Positions 42,803 to 54,409 are shown, counted from the stretch's first letter. The stretch is 64,000 nt of DNA from Candidatus Mediterraneibacter intestinipullorum (GCA_019118665.1 DWYM01000083.1:588-64587); one strand, 5' to 3'. The notes: generated by a model not told the origin, from the sequence alone. A program made the numbers and translations.

Positions 42803-42917
42803 TCAGATATCCGCTGATCGGAGAGAAAATTCTGGTGCAGAGGCCTCAGACATGGTATGATGTATGAAGTGAGGTTTTACAGAAACCAAAAACTGCTTGA
42901 AGGAAGAGAGGTAAAAA

Positions 42918-44180
42918 ATGGAAAACAAAAGAATTATCCAGGTTGAGGAGAAAGTACCTTTTAAGATGCTGGTACCGCTGAGCATCCAGCACATGTTCGC
43001 CATGTTCGGCGCGTCTGTGCTGGTGCCGTTTGTATTCGGCATCAATCCGGCAGTCGTCCTGTTCATGAACGGTGTGGGGACGCTGCTCTTTATCCTGATC
43101 ACAAAGGGCAGAGCGCCGGCGTATCTGGGCTCCAGCTTCGCGTTTCTCGCACCGGCGGGAGTCGTCATCGCAAAGTGGGGATACAGCTATGCTCTGGGCG
43201 GATTCGTAGTAGTAGGTTTTTTAGGCTGTATTCTGGCGCTGATCATCTATAAGTTCGGTTCAGACTGGATCGATGTGGTGCTGCCGCCCGCGGCCATGGG
43301 ACCGGTCGTAGCCCTGATCGGCCTGGAGCTGGCTGGGACCGCCGCTTCCAATGCAGGGCTTTTGGAGGAGACAATAGATGTAAAAAATGTGATCGTATTT
43401 CTTGTCACTCTGCTCACAGCGGTGCTCGGTTCTGTGGTATTCCGGAAATTCCTTTCCGTGATCCCGATCCTGATCGCTATTATCGCGGGGTATGTGGCGG
43501 CGCTTATATGCGGGATCGTGGACTTTTCGGATGTTGCGGCCGCGCCCCTCTTTTCTCTGCCAAACTTCTCCTTTCCCAGTTTTAAATGGGAGGCGATCGT
43601 GATCATCCTGCCTGTGCTCCTCGTCATCGCGTCGGAGCATATCGGGCATCAGATCGTCACGAGCAAGATCGTGGGGAGAGACCTCCTGAAAGATCCGGGG
43701 CTTCACCGTTCTCTGTTTGCGGATAATTTTTCCACCATGCTCTCCGGACTGATCGGTTCTGTGCCGACCACGACTTATGGAGAAAATATCGGAGTCATGG
43801 CAATGACAAAAGTATACAGTGTGTATGTGATCGGGGGCGCGGCAGTGCTGTCCATCATCTGTTCGTTTATCGGGAAGATGACGACTTTGATCAACACGAT
43901 CCCCGGGCCTGTGATCGGCGGGATCTCCTTTTTGCTCTACGGAATGATCGGGACCTCGGGCATCCGCATCCTGATAGATTCAAAGGTGGATTACGGACGG
44001 TCAAGGAATATGGCGATGACATCGGTGATTTTTGTCGTGGGACTTTCCGGCATCAACGTGCAGTTCGGCAGTATCCAGCTCAGCGGAATGGTGCTGGCGT
44101 GTGTGGTAGGCATGCTCATGGGACTGACATTTTATGTGCTGGATAAGCTGAAGCTCACGAACGACAGAGAGGCCTCCTGA
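42918..44180 (+). CDS. uraA: Uracil permease (NCS2)
   Basis: QHMFAMFG, YLGSSFAF, EHIGH, TTTYGENIG. Confidence 0.93.
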   Translation: MENKRIIQVEEKVPFKMLVPLSIQHMFAMFGASVLVPFVFGINPAVVLFMNGVGTLLFILITKGRAPAYLGSSFAFLAPAGVVIAKWGYSYALGGFVVVGFLGCILALIIYKFGSDWIDVVLPPAAMGPVVALIGLELAGTAASNAGLLEETIDVKNVIVFLVTLLTAVLGSVVFRKFLSVIPILIAIIAGYVAALICGIVDFSDVAAAPLFSLPNFSFPSFKWEAIVIILPVLLVIASEHIGHQIVTSKIVGRDLLKDPGLHRSLFADNFSTMLSGLIGSVPTTTYGENIGVMAMTKVYSVYVIGGAAVLSIICSFIGKMTTLINTIPGPVIGGISFLLYGMIGTSGIRILIDSKVDYGRSRNMAMTSVIFVVGLSGINVQFGSIQLSGMVLACVVGMLMGLTFYVLDKLKLTNDREAS

Positions 44181-44339
44181 CAATGGATCCTATATAGGGA
44201 TCCGGAGAGGTTTATTCTTCATCCAAACTTAAGAATTTGTTTCAAAAAAACATCGCTTTTCCGTCTTATAATCTCCATCAATGGAAAGAAGGATGAGATA
44301 TTTTCCAGCAATTTTCAATGTTTGAGGAGGCGGATGTGA

Positions 44340-45185
44340 ATGTCACGGTATTGGGTAGAGCACTCAGGCGAAAGAGGGAGGCGGAGTCATCCGGGCGATA
44401 GACGGAAACGAAGAAGGAAACGGCGCAGAGTCGGTCTTCTGAGGAGACTTGCGGCAGTTTTTGTGGTCGTTGCAGTGCTGCTTGCTCTGAAAAATGTGAT
44501 CGGCGATCATCTTTTGCTGACAAAGGATGGCATTGTATGGAGCGGGGAGCTGAATGCGGTATATGAACAGGCAGGGGAGATGTCGGATACTCTCAGGGAG
44601 CTTGTGAAAAACAATCCGGAGACAGCGGATTTTGTCCGGAATTATCAGGCGAAAAAAGACCTTCCTCCGGCGGGGGATGTCGGCGGAGTCACTGTGGGTG
44701 TGATCCCTCATCTCCTGCAGTGGGATGAGCGGTGGGGCTATCAGATATATGGGGACAATATGATCGCTGTGAACGGCTGCGGCCCGACCGTGCTGTCCAT
44801 GGTGGCGTCAGGTCTTACCGGAGATCCCACAGTCACTCCGTACAGAGTGGCAAAGTTTGCCGAAGAAAACGGTTATTATGAGGGAGAGGCGGGGACGAGC
44901 TGGTCGCTGATGACAGAAGGCGCCCGGCAGTTTGGGATTTATGGGCAAGAAATAGGATTGGATGAGAGTGGGATTTTTTCTGCTCTTGAGAGCGGAAACC
45001 CTATTATATGCAGTATGAGACCCGGCGACTTTACCACGACAGGTCATTTTATTGTCCTTGTCGGAATTGAAAATGGGAAGATCCGGGTCAATGACCCGAA
45101 CAGCGTGAAGAGGAGCGAAAAGCTGTGGGACTATGAGACGCTGTACCCACAGATCAGTAATCTGTGGGTATATACGGCAGGGTAA
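44340..45185 (+). CDS. Membrane-anchored C39-like peptidase
   Basis: LLQWDERWG, GCGPT, FTTTGHFIVL, VNDPNS. Confidence 0.88.
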   Translation: MSRYWVEHSGERGRRSHPGDRRKRRRKRRRVGLLRRLAAVFVVVAVLLALKNVIGDHLLLTKDGIVWSGELNAVYEQAGEMSDTLRELVKNNPETADFVRNYQAKKDLPPAGDVGGVTVGVIPHLLQWDERWGYQIYGDNMIAVNGCGPTVLSMVASGLTGDPTVTPYRVAKFAEENGYYEGEAGTSWSLMTEGARQFGIYGQEIGLDESGIFSALESGNPIICSMRPGDFTTTGHFIVLVGIENGKIRVNDPNSVKRSEKLWDYETLYPQISNLWVYTAG

Positions 45186-45193
45186 ATCCTGGT

Positions 45194-45991
45194 TCAGTTC
45201 TTTCCTGTGAAGAGCGTTCCTGCCTGGCCGCCTCTGATGATATCATAGAGAGCCTCCGGCCGTTTGCCGTTGGTCACGATGGTATCGATCCCCTGTGAGA
45301 TGGCGAGCTGGGCTGCCTGCAGCTTGGTCCGCATACCGCCGGTGCCCCTCCTGGAACCCGCGCCCCCTGCAAGGGAATATACACTGTCGTCAATATGGTC
45401 GATCTGCCGGATCAGTTTTGCGCCTGGATGCAGCCGTGGATCGCTGTCGTAGAATCCGTCGATGTCAGACAGGATAACAAGGCGTTTCGCCCGGCAGAGG
45501 ACAGCGACAACAGAAGAGAGCATATCATTGTCTCCGAAGAGTCTGTCCTCGGATTCGATCTCCGTGTAGCTGACAGAGTCGTTTTCATTTACGATGGGAA
45601 TGACTCCCATCTCCAGCAGAGCGTTGAACGTATTGGTCAGGTTTTCTTTTTTCTCCTCCTGTTCGATGTCTTCGGCATTTAGGAGGATCTGCCCTACTGT
45701 CTTGTCATAATCCCCGAAAAATTTGTCATACAGATACATCAGGCTGCACTGCCCCACGGCGGCTGCGGCCTGTTTCATGCGCATGCTGTCCGGTTTGGAC
45801 TGCATGTTCAGCTTATTCCTGCCCACGGCGATGGCGCCGGAAGATACAAGGATGACCTCGTATCCCATGTTGTGGATGTCCGCCAGCGTGCATACCAGCC
45901 GGTCCGTGGCGCGCAGGTCGCTTTTCCCCGCGTCATTCGTCAGTGTGGATGTGCCTACCTTTACTACGATCCTGTTGTTATAAAGTCCCAC
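45194..45991 (-). CDS. proB: Glutamate 5-kinase (no PUA domain)
   Basis: VVKVGTSTL, SSGA, AAVGQ, NENDSV, FGDND, GTGGM. Confidence 0.95.
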   Translation of the reverse strand: MGLYNNRIVVKVGTSTLTNDAGKSDLRATDRLVCTLADIHNMGYEVILVSSGAIAVGRNKLNMQSKPDSMRMKQAAAAVGQCSLMYLYDKFFGDYDKTVGQILLNAEDIEQEEKKENLTNTFNALLEMGVIPIVNENDSVSYTEIESEDRLFGDNDMLSSVVAVLCRAKRLVILSDIDGFYDSDPRLHPGAKLIRQIDHIDDSVYSLAGGAGSRRGTGGMRTKLQAAQLAISQGIDTIVTNGKRPEALYDIIRGGQAGTLFTGKN

Positions 45992-46523
45992 GATCTATAT
46001 CCTCCTCATGTTGTTATTCCTGTAAAATTTTATGACGTATCAGCTTATCTATCGTATCATACACCAAAACATGACAAAAGTGAATAATTATCATCTATAA
46101 AATGAAAAAATCAGATGAGAGGGAAATGTATGGATGTAAGTATCCAGAAATTCTGGACTACCGCTGATATGGTGAGCGGAAAAGCTCCGGTGTTTCCGGG
46201 AGAAAATTATTTGTCTATTCTGTCGGATTGTGCTCCGGCTGGTTTTGTGCTATCCTGTCTATACTGATGTGGGAGGCGTTCTGGCCTCTCTGTCATTCAC
46301 GCCGCATGGCTTCTCATTTTCGGAGTTCCGCTTCGGAACGCTTACCCGATAATGAATCAGATCCTATAATTTGTGTTTCAGGAAAAAAGGGGGGCTGCCT
46401 ATGAGGAAAGTTTCTTGAAAAGCCCGTTCGTGAAAATATTGTAATGAAAACGGTACGCAAAAACAAAGAAAAGTCCGTTTTATTGTACATGTAAAAATGT
46501 ATAATTAAAAAGTAAAATTGTTG

Positions 46524-46577
46524 TTGACATTTTACAAGACGTATAATACTATAATACCAGATGCGAACAATTGTTCG
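46524..46577 (+). promoter_or_regulatory. recA promoter with LexA (Cheo) box
   Basis: TTGACA 46524, 17 nt, TACTAT; palindrome CGAACAATTGTTCG at 46564-46577. Confidence 0.85.
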
Positions 46578-46601
46578 ATACGAGAAAAGGAGAATTGATT
46601 T

Positions 46602-47654
46602 ATGGCAGTGAATGAAGAAAAGAAAAAAGCGTTGGACGCGGCGATCGCAAAGCTCGAGAAAGATTTTGGAAAAGGAGCTGTTATGAAGCTCGGGGAGTCC
46701 GGGGCGCATGTGACTGTGGAGACAGTGCCTACAGGGTGTTTAAGCCTTGATCTTGCGCTGGGATTGGGCGGAGTTCCAAAGGGACGTGTCATCGAGATAT
46801 ACGGACCGGAATCCAGCGGTAAGACAACAGTGGCGCTCCACATGATCGCCGAAGTACAGAAGAGAGGCGGCATCGCCGGTTTTATCGATGCTGAGCATGC
46901 CATGGACCCGGTATATGCGAAGAATATCGGGGTGGATATCGATGAACTGTACATATCTCAGCCGGACAGCGGTGACCAGGCGCTTGAGATCGCGGAGACG
47001 ATGGTGCGGTCCGGCGCGATCGACATCATTGTCATCGACTCTGTTGCAGCACTTGTGCCGAAGCAGGAGATCGAGGGCGATATGGGCGACAGCCATGTGG
47101 GACTTCAGGCAAGGCTGATGTCGCAGGCTCTCAGAAAGCTGACGCCTGTGATCAGCAAATCCAACTGCGTGGTCATCTTTATCAATCAGCTCCGTGAGAA
47201 GGTGGGCGTGATGTTCGGAAACCCGGAGACTACGACGGGGGGACGCGCCCTGAAATTCTATGCTTCTGTCCGTATGGATGTGAGGAGGATCGAGACGCTG
47301 AAGCAGAGCGGGGAGATGGTAGGCAACCGTACCCGCATCAAGATCGTAAAGAATAAGATCGCGCCTCCTTTTAAAGAGGCAGAGTTCGACATCATGTTTG
47401 GAAAGGGGATCTCCAAAGAAGGAGATATCCTTGATCTTGCCGCAAGTATCGATCTTGTTAAAAAGAGCGGCGCATGGTATGCCTATGAGGGCGAGAAGAT
47501 CGGACAGGGAAGGGAGAACGCAAAAGCGTATCTTGAAAACCATCCGGAAGTGATGGAAGAGCTGGACCGGAAAGTGCGCGCCCACTATAATCTGCCCGGC
47601 TCAGAAAGCGCCGATGCAGAAGGGGCAGAGGCGGACGCTACAAAGACAGAATGA
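46602..47654 (+). CDS. recA: Recombinase A
   Basis: [33 protein letters not shown]. Confidence 0.99.
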   Translation: MAVNEEKKKALDAAIAKLEKDFGKGAVMKLGESGAHVTVETVPTGCLSLDLALGLGGVPKGRVIEIYGPESSGKTTVALHMIAEVQKRGGIAGFIDAEHAMDPVYAKNIGVDIDELYISQPDSGDQALEIAETMVRSGAIDIIVIDSVAALVPKQEIEGDMGDSHVGLQARLMSQALRKLTPVISKSNCVVIFINQLREKVGVMFGNPETTTGGRALKFYASVRMDVRRIETLKQSGEMVGNRTRIKIVKNKIAPPFKEAEFDIMFGKGISKEGDILDLAASIDLVKKSGAWYAYEGEKIGQGRENAKAYLENHPEVMEELDRKVRAHYNLPGSESADAEGAEADATKTE

Positions 47655-48274
47655 TGGTCACAAAGATCGAGCAGCTGACAAAGACGAAATTTAAAGTGTA
47701 TCTGGATGGGAAATTTGCCTTTGTGCTCTACAAAGGGGAATTATCCCGGTTTGGTATCCGGGAAGGCGTGGAAATACCGGAAGAAACAGTGGGAAAGATC
47801 CGCGTGGAGGTCATCTTAAAAAGGGCGAAACTGCGCGCTATGCATCTTCTGGCGGATATGGACCGGACAGAGGAGGCTCTGCGTGAGAAACTCAGACTGG
47901 GGCTTTACCCGGCGGACGCCGTGGAAGGCGCTGTCCGGTATGTGAAGTCCTTCGGGTATCTGGATGACGCCCGGTACGCTGAAAATTTTGTGAGGAGCAG
48001 ACAGGACAGCAAAAGCAGGAAAGAGATACAGGCGCTGCTGCTGCGCAAAGGCGTCAAGGCAGAGCAGATCGAAGTAGCTTTCGAAGCGTGTTACGATGAA
48101 AATAATGGCGATGGAGAGCAGGAAGCAATACGGAAAATCCTGAAGAAAAAAAGGTTTTCCCCGGAGGAGTGTGATGAGCCGGGAATGCAGAAAATATACG
48201 GCTATCTGGCGCGCAAAGGCTTCCGTTATGACACCGTCCGTCAAGTGATACAAAACTATAATGAGAATGCTTGA
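47651..48274 (+). CDS. recX: Regulatory protein RecX
   Basis: [24 protein letters not shown]; overlaps the recA stop. Confidence 0.92.
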   Translation: MMVTKIEQLTKTKFKVYLDGKFAFVLYKGELSRFGIREGVEIPEETVGKIRVEVILKRAKLRAMHLLADMDRTEEALREKLRLGLYPADAVEGAVRYVKSFGYLDDARYAENFVRSRQDSKSRKEIQALLLRKGVKAEQIEVAFEACYDENNGDGEQEAIRKILKKKRFSPEECDEPGMQKIYGYLARKGFRYDTVRQVIQNYNENA

Positions 48275-48355
48275 CATTGTTGTGAAAACAGTATAAAATT
48301 TAACTGTTGTATTTAAGTAATATGTACAATGAAAATTGAATAAGGAGGTGCTCCT

Positions 48356-49915
48356 GTGCAATTAGGTTTGGGCTTGTGTATAGCAATTGCCGTGGCCCTC
48401 GCGTTGATAGTTGGGATCATCGTGCATTTTGTAACGGTTTCCAATCTTAAAAAGAATGCCCAGAGCAAGATCGGAAACGCGGAAGCAAAGGCGAGAGAGA
48501 TCATCGACGATGCTGTGAAAACTGCTGAGACAACGAAAAAGGAAGCTCTTTTGGAAGTGAAGGAAGAGTCGATCAAGACGAAGAATGATCTTGAAAAAGA
48601 GACGAAGGAGAGAAGAGCGGAACTGCAGCGCTATGAGAAGAGAGTGCTCGCGAAAGAAGAAGCGGTTGACAAACGTTCTGATATCCTGGAACATCGGGAG
48701 TCAAAGCTTACAGCAAAGGAAGAACAACTTCGCCAGCGTGAAGCCAAGGCAGAAGAGCTGAGTCAGAAACGTGTACAGGAACTGGAACGAATCTCAGGAC
48801 TTACCTCCGAACAGGCAAAAGAATATCTGTTGAAAACTGTTGAAGAAGATGTTAAGCATGACACTGCGAAAATGGTCAGAGAGCTTGAGGCTCAGGCAAA
48901 GGAGGAGGCTGACAAAAAAGCCAGGGAATACGTTGTCAATGCCATCCAGAGATGTGCCGCGGACCATGTAGCAGAGACAACGATCTCCGTTGTACAGCTT
49001 CCGAGCGATGAGATGAAAGGGCGTATCATCGGGCGGGAAGGAAGGAACATCCGGACGCTTGAGACACTGACCGGCGTGGAACTGATCATTGATGATACGC
49101 CGGAAGCAGTTGTTTTATCCGGGTTTGACCCGATCCGCCGCGAGGTCGCGAGGATCGCTCTTGAGAGGCTGATTGTGGATGGGCGTATCCATCCGGCAAG
49201 AATTGAGGAAATGGTAGAAAAGGCGCAGAAAGAAGTCGACACGATGATCAGGGAAGAAGGCGAGGCTGCCGCTCTTGAAGTGGGTGTGCCGGGGATCCAT
49301 CCTGAACTGATCAAGCTTCTCGGACGTATGAAGTTCAGGACGAGCTATGGTCAGAATACCCTGAAGCACTCCATAGAGGTGGCGCAGCTTGCGGGACTTC
49401 TTGCAGGCGAGATCGGCATTGATGTCAGAATGGCTAAGCGCGCCGGACTTTTGCATGATATAGGCAAATCTATCGACCACGATGTAGAAGGGTCACATAT
49501 CCAGATAGGTGTGGATCTCTGCAGAAAGTATAAAGAGTCCGCAACTGTCATTAACGCTGTGGAATCACATCATGGTGATGTGGAGCCGCAGACACTGATT
49601 GCCTGCGTTGTGCAGGCTGCTGACACGATTTCAGCGGCTCGGCCGGGCGCAAGGCGTGAGACCATCGAAACATACACAAACAGATTGAAACAGTTAGAAG
49701 AGATCACCAACCAGTTTAAAGGTGTGGAGAAATCTTTTGCCGTTCAGGCAGGCAGAGAGATTCGTGTTATGGTAGTTCCAGAGCAGGTATCTGATGATGA
49801 TATGGTGCTTATGGCCAGAGATATTGCAAAACAGATTGAATTTGAACTTGAGTATCCGGGTCAGATCAAAGTAAATGTAATCCGTGAATCGCGGGCGACA
49901 GATTACGCGAAATAA
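48356..49915 (+). CDS. rny: Ribonuclease Y
   Basis: N-terminal TM, coiled coil, [24 protein letters not shown]. Confidence 0.97.
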   Translation: MQLGLGLCIAIAVALALIVGIIVHFVTVSNLKKNAQSKIGNAEAKAREIIDDAVKTAETTKKEALLEVKEESIKTKNDLEKETKERRAELQRYEKRVLAKEEAVDKRSDILEHRESKLTAKEEQLRQREAKAEELSQKRVQELERISGLTSEQAKEYLLKTVEEDVKHDTAKMVRELEAQAKEEADKKAREYVVNAIQRCAADHVAETTISVVQLPSDEMKGRIIGREGRNIRTLETLTGVELIIDDTPEAVVLSGFDPIRREVARIALERLIVDGRIHPARIEEMVEKAQKEVDTMIREEGEAAALEVGVPGIHPELIKLLGRMKFRTSYGQNTLKHSIEVAQLAGLLAGEIGIDVRMAKRAGLLHDIGKSIDHDVEGSHIQIGVDLCRKYKESATVINAVESHHGDVEPQTLIACVVQAADTISAARPGARRETIETYTNRLKQLEEITNQFKGVEKSFAVQAGREIRVMVVPEQVSDDDMVLMARDIAKQIEFELEYPGQIKVNVIRESRATDYAK

Positions 49916-49942
49916 CAAGAAATCATAACAACAGAGAAGGTC

Positions 49943-49975
49943 AGCCCTTGTCGCAAGACGAGGGCTTTCTTTTTT
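49943..49975 (+). terminator. Terminator after rny
   Basis: AGCCCTTGTC-GCAA-GACGAGGGCT plus T run. Confidence 0.85.
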
Positions 49976-50051
49976 GCGGAGCAGGGCCCTGTTTTCATCT
50001 GTGGGACAGGACGCTCTTACCGGCGTTATATGGAGACAAGGAGGAAAAGTC

Positions 50052-50591
50052 ATGAGTGAGCAGATAAAACGTCTGAAAAGAGAACTGAAATTCAAAGGAA
50101 AGATCATTGATTTCTATCAGGATACAATGGAGATTAACGGAGACCATACGGTGATATGGGACTTTATCAAACACAAAGGCGCGGCTGCGGTCGTCCCGGT
50201 CACAGCGGATGGAAAGATCCTGATGGTAGGGCAGTACCGGAATGCTCTTGACAGATATACGCTGGAGATCCCGGCGGGAGCTCTTGACGCGGAAGATGAG
50301 CCCGGCAGGGACTGCGCTTCCCGCGAGTTGGAGGAAGAGACCGGATACAGGAGCGAGAATCTGGAGTGGCTGATCACTCTCAGGACGACAGTCGCTTTCT
50401 GCAACGAGAGGATCGAAGTGTATGTGGCAAAAGACCTGATCCCATCAAAACAGCATCTGGACGAGGACGAGTTTATCGATCTGAAGGCATACAGCATTGA
50501 TGAGCTGAAGGAGAAGATACTCACAGGAGAGATCGAAGATGCGAAGACGGTCGCGTCACTTATGGCATACGCTGTGAAATACCGTGTATAA
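50052..50591 (+). CDS. NUDIX hydrolase (ADP-ribose pyrophosphatase-like)
   Basis: EIPAG...ASRELEEETGY Nudix box; precedes spoIIM as nudF usually does. Confidence 0.9.
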   Translation: MSEQIKRLKRELKFKGKIIDFYQDTMEINGDHTVIWDFIKHKGAAAVVPVTADGKILMVGQYRNALDRYTLEIPAGALDAEDEPGRDCASRELEEETGYRSENLEWLITLRTTVAFCNERIEVYVAKDLIPSKQHLDEDEFIDLKAYSIDELKEKILTGEIEDAKTVASLMAYAVKYRV

Positions 50592-50613
50592 AAGACAGAC
50601 CCCGGCATATAAT
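50586..50613 (+). promoter_or_regulatory. Candidate sigmaE promoter of spoIIM
   Basis: gtATA-15 nt-CATAtaaT. Confidence 0.5.
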
Positions 50614-50682
50614 GAAATATCCGGCGGGACCGGGGCATTCCGGTCACGAGGCGGGACATTCCAAGTGATATCAGGAGGCGCC

Positions 50683-51222
50683 ATGAAGATATTTCGTACG
50701 AGAAAGCAGTTTCTTGTTTTCTTTATGCCGGGGTTTTTGCTCGGCATTATTTATGTCAATTTTATTGCCCGAAAATATATGGCTGAACCGGGGATATTCA
50801 GCGATTATTTTTTGAACCAGTTTCAGTCGGCCAGCATTGATGCAAGAGAATATATCTGGTATCTTCTTAGGGTCCGGGCGGTCCCGTTTCTCGCCCTTGC
50901 CGGGCTGTCCTTTACAAAGGTGAGAAAACCGGCGGCAGTCCTCTTCCTTGTTTGGACGGGCATTTCCGGAGGCATATTGATCTCGGCGGCGGTACTGAAT
51001 ATGGGGATCAAGGGGAGCCTGCTGTGCGTTGTGGGTCTTCTTCCGCAGTTTTTGCTGTATGTTCCGGCATATGTGGTGCTGCTGTGGCACTGCTATACAG
51101 TTCCCCAGACCCACTGGAACCGCCAGAAGACGGTGTTCGTATCTCTTGCGATGGCAGTGGGGATCATCCTGGAGATGTATGTAAATCCTGTTCTCGTGAA
51201 GGCGTTCCTTTCCGTGCTCTAA
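50683..51222 (+). CDS. spoIIM: Stage II sporulation protein M
   Basis: Multi-TM, LLPQ.LLY.P, LE.YVNP; position after the NUDIX gene. Confidence 0.75.
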   Translation: MKIFRTRKQFLVFFMPGFLLGIIYVNFIARKYMAEPGIFSDYFLNQFQSASIDAREYIWYLLRVRAVPFLALAGLSFTKVRKPAAVLFLVWTGISGGILISAAVLNMGIKGSLLCVVGLLPQFLLYVPAYVVLLWHCYTVPQTHWNRQKTVFVSLAMAVGIILEMYVNPVLVKAFLSVL

Positions 51223-52592
51223 AGCGTATCCAGACTGCCTGCTTCCTCTCCTCTTTGCGGGCGGAAAGCTGTTATATGTGAATTGCTCAGAAGGACGGCG
51301 GCAGCAAGACCGGACATGATGCACTGACTGACGAGCAGTCCCCACAGATAGCCCTGTATGCCAAACCTGGGGATGGCGAGAAAGACGCCGGCAATGCGGA
51401 CAAGCAGACCGGTGACATTGATCAGGAATGTTAAAAATGTCTTTCCGAGACCGTTGATGGCGCTCATAAGTGCAGTGTTTGTATACAGAAAAGGACAGAT
51501 CCATGCAAGTGTCAGGATGAATTTGCCGGCGGTGCTGCTGTGGAAAAGGATCGTTCCGAGTAGGTCGCCGAAGATCAGGAAGAACAGGCAGCATGACAGT
51601 CCGAGGATGAGGCAGCTTCCCGCGGCTTTTTTGAGAAGCTGCGCCATGGCTGTGCGGTTTCCCACGGCCTGAGCTGCACTGACTGCCGGCATGAGAACGG
51701 TTCCCACGGAGTTGGTGATGGCTGAGGGGAAGAGGATGCAGGGCAGAGCCATGCCGGTGAGAACCCCATATATGCTCAAGGCATCGCTTCCGCTCATGCC
51801 GTAGAGCTTCAGGCAGGCGGGGATAGAGGCCGCCTCTACGCTCTGGAGCAGGGTGACGGCCGCGCGGTTGGCGGTAAGTGGGGCGGACAGGGTGAAAAGT
51901 TCCCGGATGCTGCCTGACATTGCAGGAAGGGAAGGAATATGACCAAACCGTCTCCGTGCAGTGAGCAGACGCGCGGAAAACAGGGCGGCCGCAAACTCGC
52001 CTGCTACGATCCCTCCAGCGGCAAGACGGATGGACGGCGCATGCCCGGTGTTCTGCATGAAAAGGAAAAGGAGGACAACGAAAAGAATGCGCGAAGCCTG
52101 TTCAATGAGCTGGCTCAGTGCAGGGAGTTTTGTCCGCTGCAAGCCAAAGCTGTATCCGCAGACACAACTGTGGATGGCGGCGCAGGGGAGGGCATAGGAG
52201 ATGATGACCAGCAATTCGGCGCATCTGGGGTCGCCTAAAAATGTTTCGGCAATGAAGTCCGCGTTCTGCTGGATCAGGAGGACTTCAGCGCAGGACAGGA
52301 CAAGAGTGAGGCAGAGAGCGATACGCAGTACGTTCCCTGCCTCCTCTGTTTTCCCCCGCGATACCTTCTCCGCAGTCATGCGGGAGACTGCGGTCTGGAG
52401 TCCCGCGGTGCTGATCGAGAGACAGAGGGCGTACACCGGGAAGATCAGCTGATAAAGGCCCACGCTTTCTTCACCGAAAGCATGGCTTAGGAAAATGCGG
52501 AAGAAAAATCCCATGAACCGGGTGATCAGTCCGGCGGCAGTCAGAATTACGGCTCCCTGGAATAATCTGTGTTTTGTGGACATTTGGGGCAC
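51219..52592 (-). CDS. spoVB: SpoVB-like MOP flippase
   Basis: ILTAAGLITRFMGFFFRI, GLYQL, SQLIEQ, YGVLTGMALP. Confidence 0.82.
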   Translation of the reverse strand: MPQMSTKHRLFQGAVILTAAGLITRFMGFFFRIFLSHAFGEESVGLYQLIFPVYALCLSISTAGLQTAVSRMTAEKVSRGKTEEAGNVLRIALCLTLVLSCAEVLLIQQNADFIAETFLGDPRCAELLVIISYALPCAAIHSCVCGYSFGLQRTKLPALSQLIEQASRILFVVLLFLFMQNTGHAPSIRLAAGGIVAGEFAAALFSARLLTARRRFGHIPSLPAMSGSIRELFTLSAPLTANRAAVTLLQSVEAASIPACLKLYGMSGSDALSIYGVLTGMALPCILFPSAITNSVGTVLMPAVSAAQAVGNRTAMAQLLKKAAGSCLILGLSCCLFFLIFGDLLGTILFHSSTAGKFILTLAWICPFLYTNTALMSAINGLGKTFLTFLINVTGLLVRIAGVFLAIPRFGIQGYLWGLLVSQCIMSGLAAAVLLSNSHITAFRPQRGEEAGSLDTL

Positions 52593-52633
52593 CTCTTATG
52601 GCACACTTTTTACAACATATGTAGGTTTGCGGC

Positions 52634-52692
52634 TTGACAGAACAGATGAGGAGTGATATTCTACAGAAGTAAATCCTAGTAAAACACTAGGA
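52634..52692 (+). promoter_or_regulatory. isc promoter and candidate IscR operator
   Basis: TTGACA-17-TATTCT with TG extension; inverted repeat TCCTAGT-N5-ACTAGGA at 52674-52692. Confidence 0.65.
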
Positions 52693-52723
52693 GATAAAAT
52701 ACTAAGCCGGAGAGGGTGAGAAA

Positions 52724-53179
52724 GTGAAACTGTCTACAAAAGGAAGATATGGACTGCGTGCTCTGATCGACCTTGCACAGTACAGCGAAGAGGCGCCGGT
52801 TTCGATCACCAGCATCTCGGCGCGCCAGGATCTGTCTGAACGCTATCTGGAGCAGCTGATGTCCATGCTGAAAAAGGCAGGTCTGGTGAAAAGCGTCAGA
52901 GGAGCAGGCGGAGGATATGTGCTTGCAAAAGACATGGCGTCAATTTCCATAGGCGATGTGCTGCGCGCCCTGGAAGGGAGCCTTGAGCCGGTAGAGTGCG
53001 CAGGGATCGGACCGGACGGAGGATGCAAAGCATCCGACAACTGTGTGACAAAATATGTCTGGCAGAGGATCAACGAGAGCATCAGCCGGACAGTGGATGA
53101 GATCATGCTTGACCAGCTCGTGGAAGAGAGCAGGAAGAAGAACTGCGCCGGTATAGACCGCGCGTTGTGCAAAAACTGA
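52724..53179 (+). CDS. iscR: Rrf2 regulator, IscR-like (three Cys)
   Basis: MKLSTKGRYG, YLEQL, SVRGAGGGY, C-X8-C-X5-C. Confidence 0.85.
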   Translation: MKLSTKGRYGLRALIDLAQYSEEAPVSITSISARQDLSERYLEQLMSMLKKAGLVKSVRGAGGGYVLAKDMASISIGDVLRALEGSLEPVECAGIGPDGGCKASDNCVTKYVWQRINESISRTVDEIMLDQLVEESRKKNCAGIDRALCKN

Positions 53180-53215
53180 ACATAAACGACTATCAGAGAA
53201 TATATGGAGGCAGAT

Positions 53216-54409
53216 ATGGGAAAATTAATTTATCTTGACAATGCGGCAACAACAAAGACTTCCCCGGAGGTTGTGGAGGCGATGCTGCCGTATTTTACAG
53301 AACATTACGGAAATCCGTCCAGCGTATACGGTTTTGCCGCTGCGAATAAAGAGGTGATCATAAGGCAGAGAGAGATCATCGCAGGAGTCCTTGGGGCGAA
53401 AGATAATGAGATCTATTTCACCGCAGGGGGGACGGAGTCTGACAACTGGGCGCTGATCGCCACGGCGGAGGCTTATGCTGCAAAAGGAAAGCACATCATC
53501 ACGAGCAAGATTGAGCATCATGCGGTCCTGCATACCTGCGAGTATCTGCAGAGACAGGGATATGAAGTGACTTATCTTGATGTGGATGAAAACGGACTCG
53601 TAGATCCGAAGGCTGTGGAGGCCGCGATCCGTCCGGATACGATCCTGATATCGGTCATGTTCGCCAACAACGAGATCGGAACCATCCAGCCGATCGCGGA
53701 GATGGGGAAGATCGCTCATGAGCACGGTGTTCTGTTCCACACAGATGCAGTGCAGGCGTTTGCCCAGATACCGATCAATGTGGATGAGTACAATATCGAC
53801 ATGCTCAGCGCCAGCGGGCACAAATTAAACGGCCCGAAGGGGATCGGCTTCCTTTACATCAGAAAAGGCGTGAAGATCCGCTCCTTTATCCACGGCGGCG
53901 CGCAGGAGAGGAGACGCCGCGCCGGCACGGAAAATGTACCTGGAATCGTGGGACTTGGAAAAGCGGTGGAGCTGGCGGCGGCTTCTATGCAGGAACGCAT
54001 GGAGAAGGAGTCCCGGCTGAGGGATCATCTGATCAGCCGTATCGAGTCCGAAATCCCATACTGCCGGTTAAATGGCGACCGTGTGAAACGGCTGCCCAAC
54101 AATGTGAACTTCAGCTTTCAGTTTGTTGAGGGGGAATCCCTTCTTATCATGCTGGATATGAAAGGCATTTGTGCTTCCAGCGGTTCGGCCTGTACGTCCG
54201 GTTCCCTGGATCCGTCTCATGTGCTGCTCGCCATCGGGCTGCCTCATGAGATCGCGCACGGATCGCTGAGGATCACGCTGGGAGCAGATACGACAGAGGA
54301 AGACCTTGACTATGTGGTGGACTGCTTAAAGGAGATCGTGCCACAGCTGCGGCAGATGTCACCTTTGTATGAGGATTTTGTCCGCAAGCAGGAAAAGAAA
54401 AACAAATAA
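53216..54409 (+). CDS. iscS: Cysteine desulfurase
   Basis: YLDNAATT, SGHKLNGPKG, SSGSACTS. Confidence 0.96.
   Translation: MGKLIYLDNAATTKTSPEVVEAMLPYFTEHYGNPSSVYGFAAANKEVIIRQREIIAGVLGAKDNEIYFTAGGTESDNWALIATAEAYAAKGKHIITSKIEHHAVLHTCEYLQRQGYEVTYLDVDENGLVDPKAVEAAIRPDTILISVMFANNEIGTIQPIAEMGKIAHEHGVLFHTDAVQAFAQIPINVDEYNIDMLSASGHKLNGPKGIGFLYIRKGVKIRSFIHGGAQERRRRAGTENVPGIVGLGKAVELAAASMQERMEKESRLRDHLISRIESEIPYCRLNGDRVKRLPNNVNFSFQFVEGESLLIMLDMKGICASSGSACTSGSLDPSHVLLAIGLPHEIAHGSLRITLGADTTEEDLDYVVDCLKEIVPQLRQMSPLYEDFVRKQEKKNK

Noticed and set aside
42803-42917. PyrR attenuator upstream of uraA
   Set aside because: No AGTCCAGAGAGGCT-like binding loop or terminator visible.
46740-47585. Antisense ORFs over recA, and similarly over tpiA (59431-60354), nrdB and clpX
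   Set aside because: Codon-bias shadows of conserved genes.
50671-51594. 307-aa minus-strand ORF
   Set aside because: Overlaps spoIIM and spoVB and has no recognisable features.
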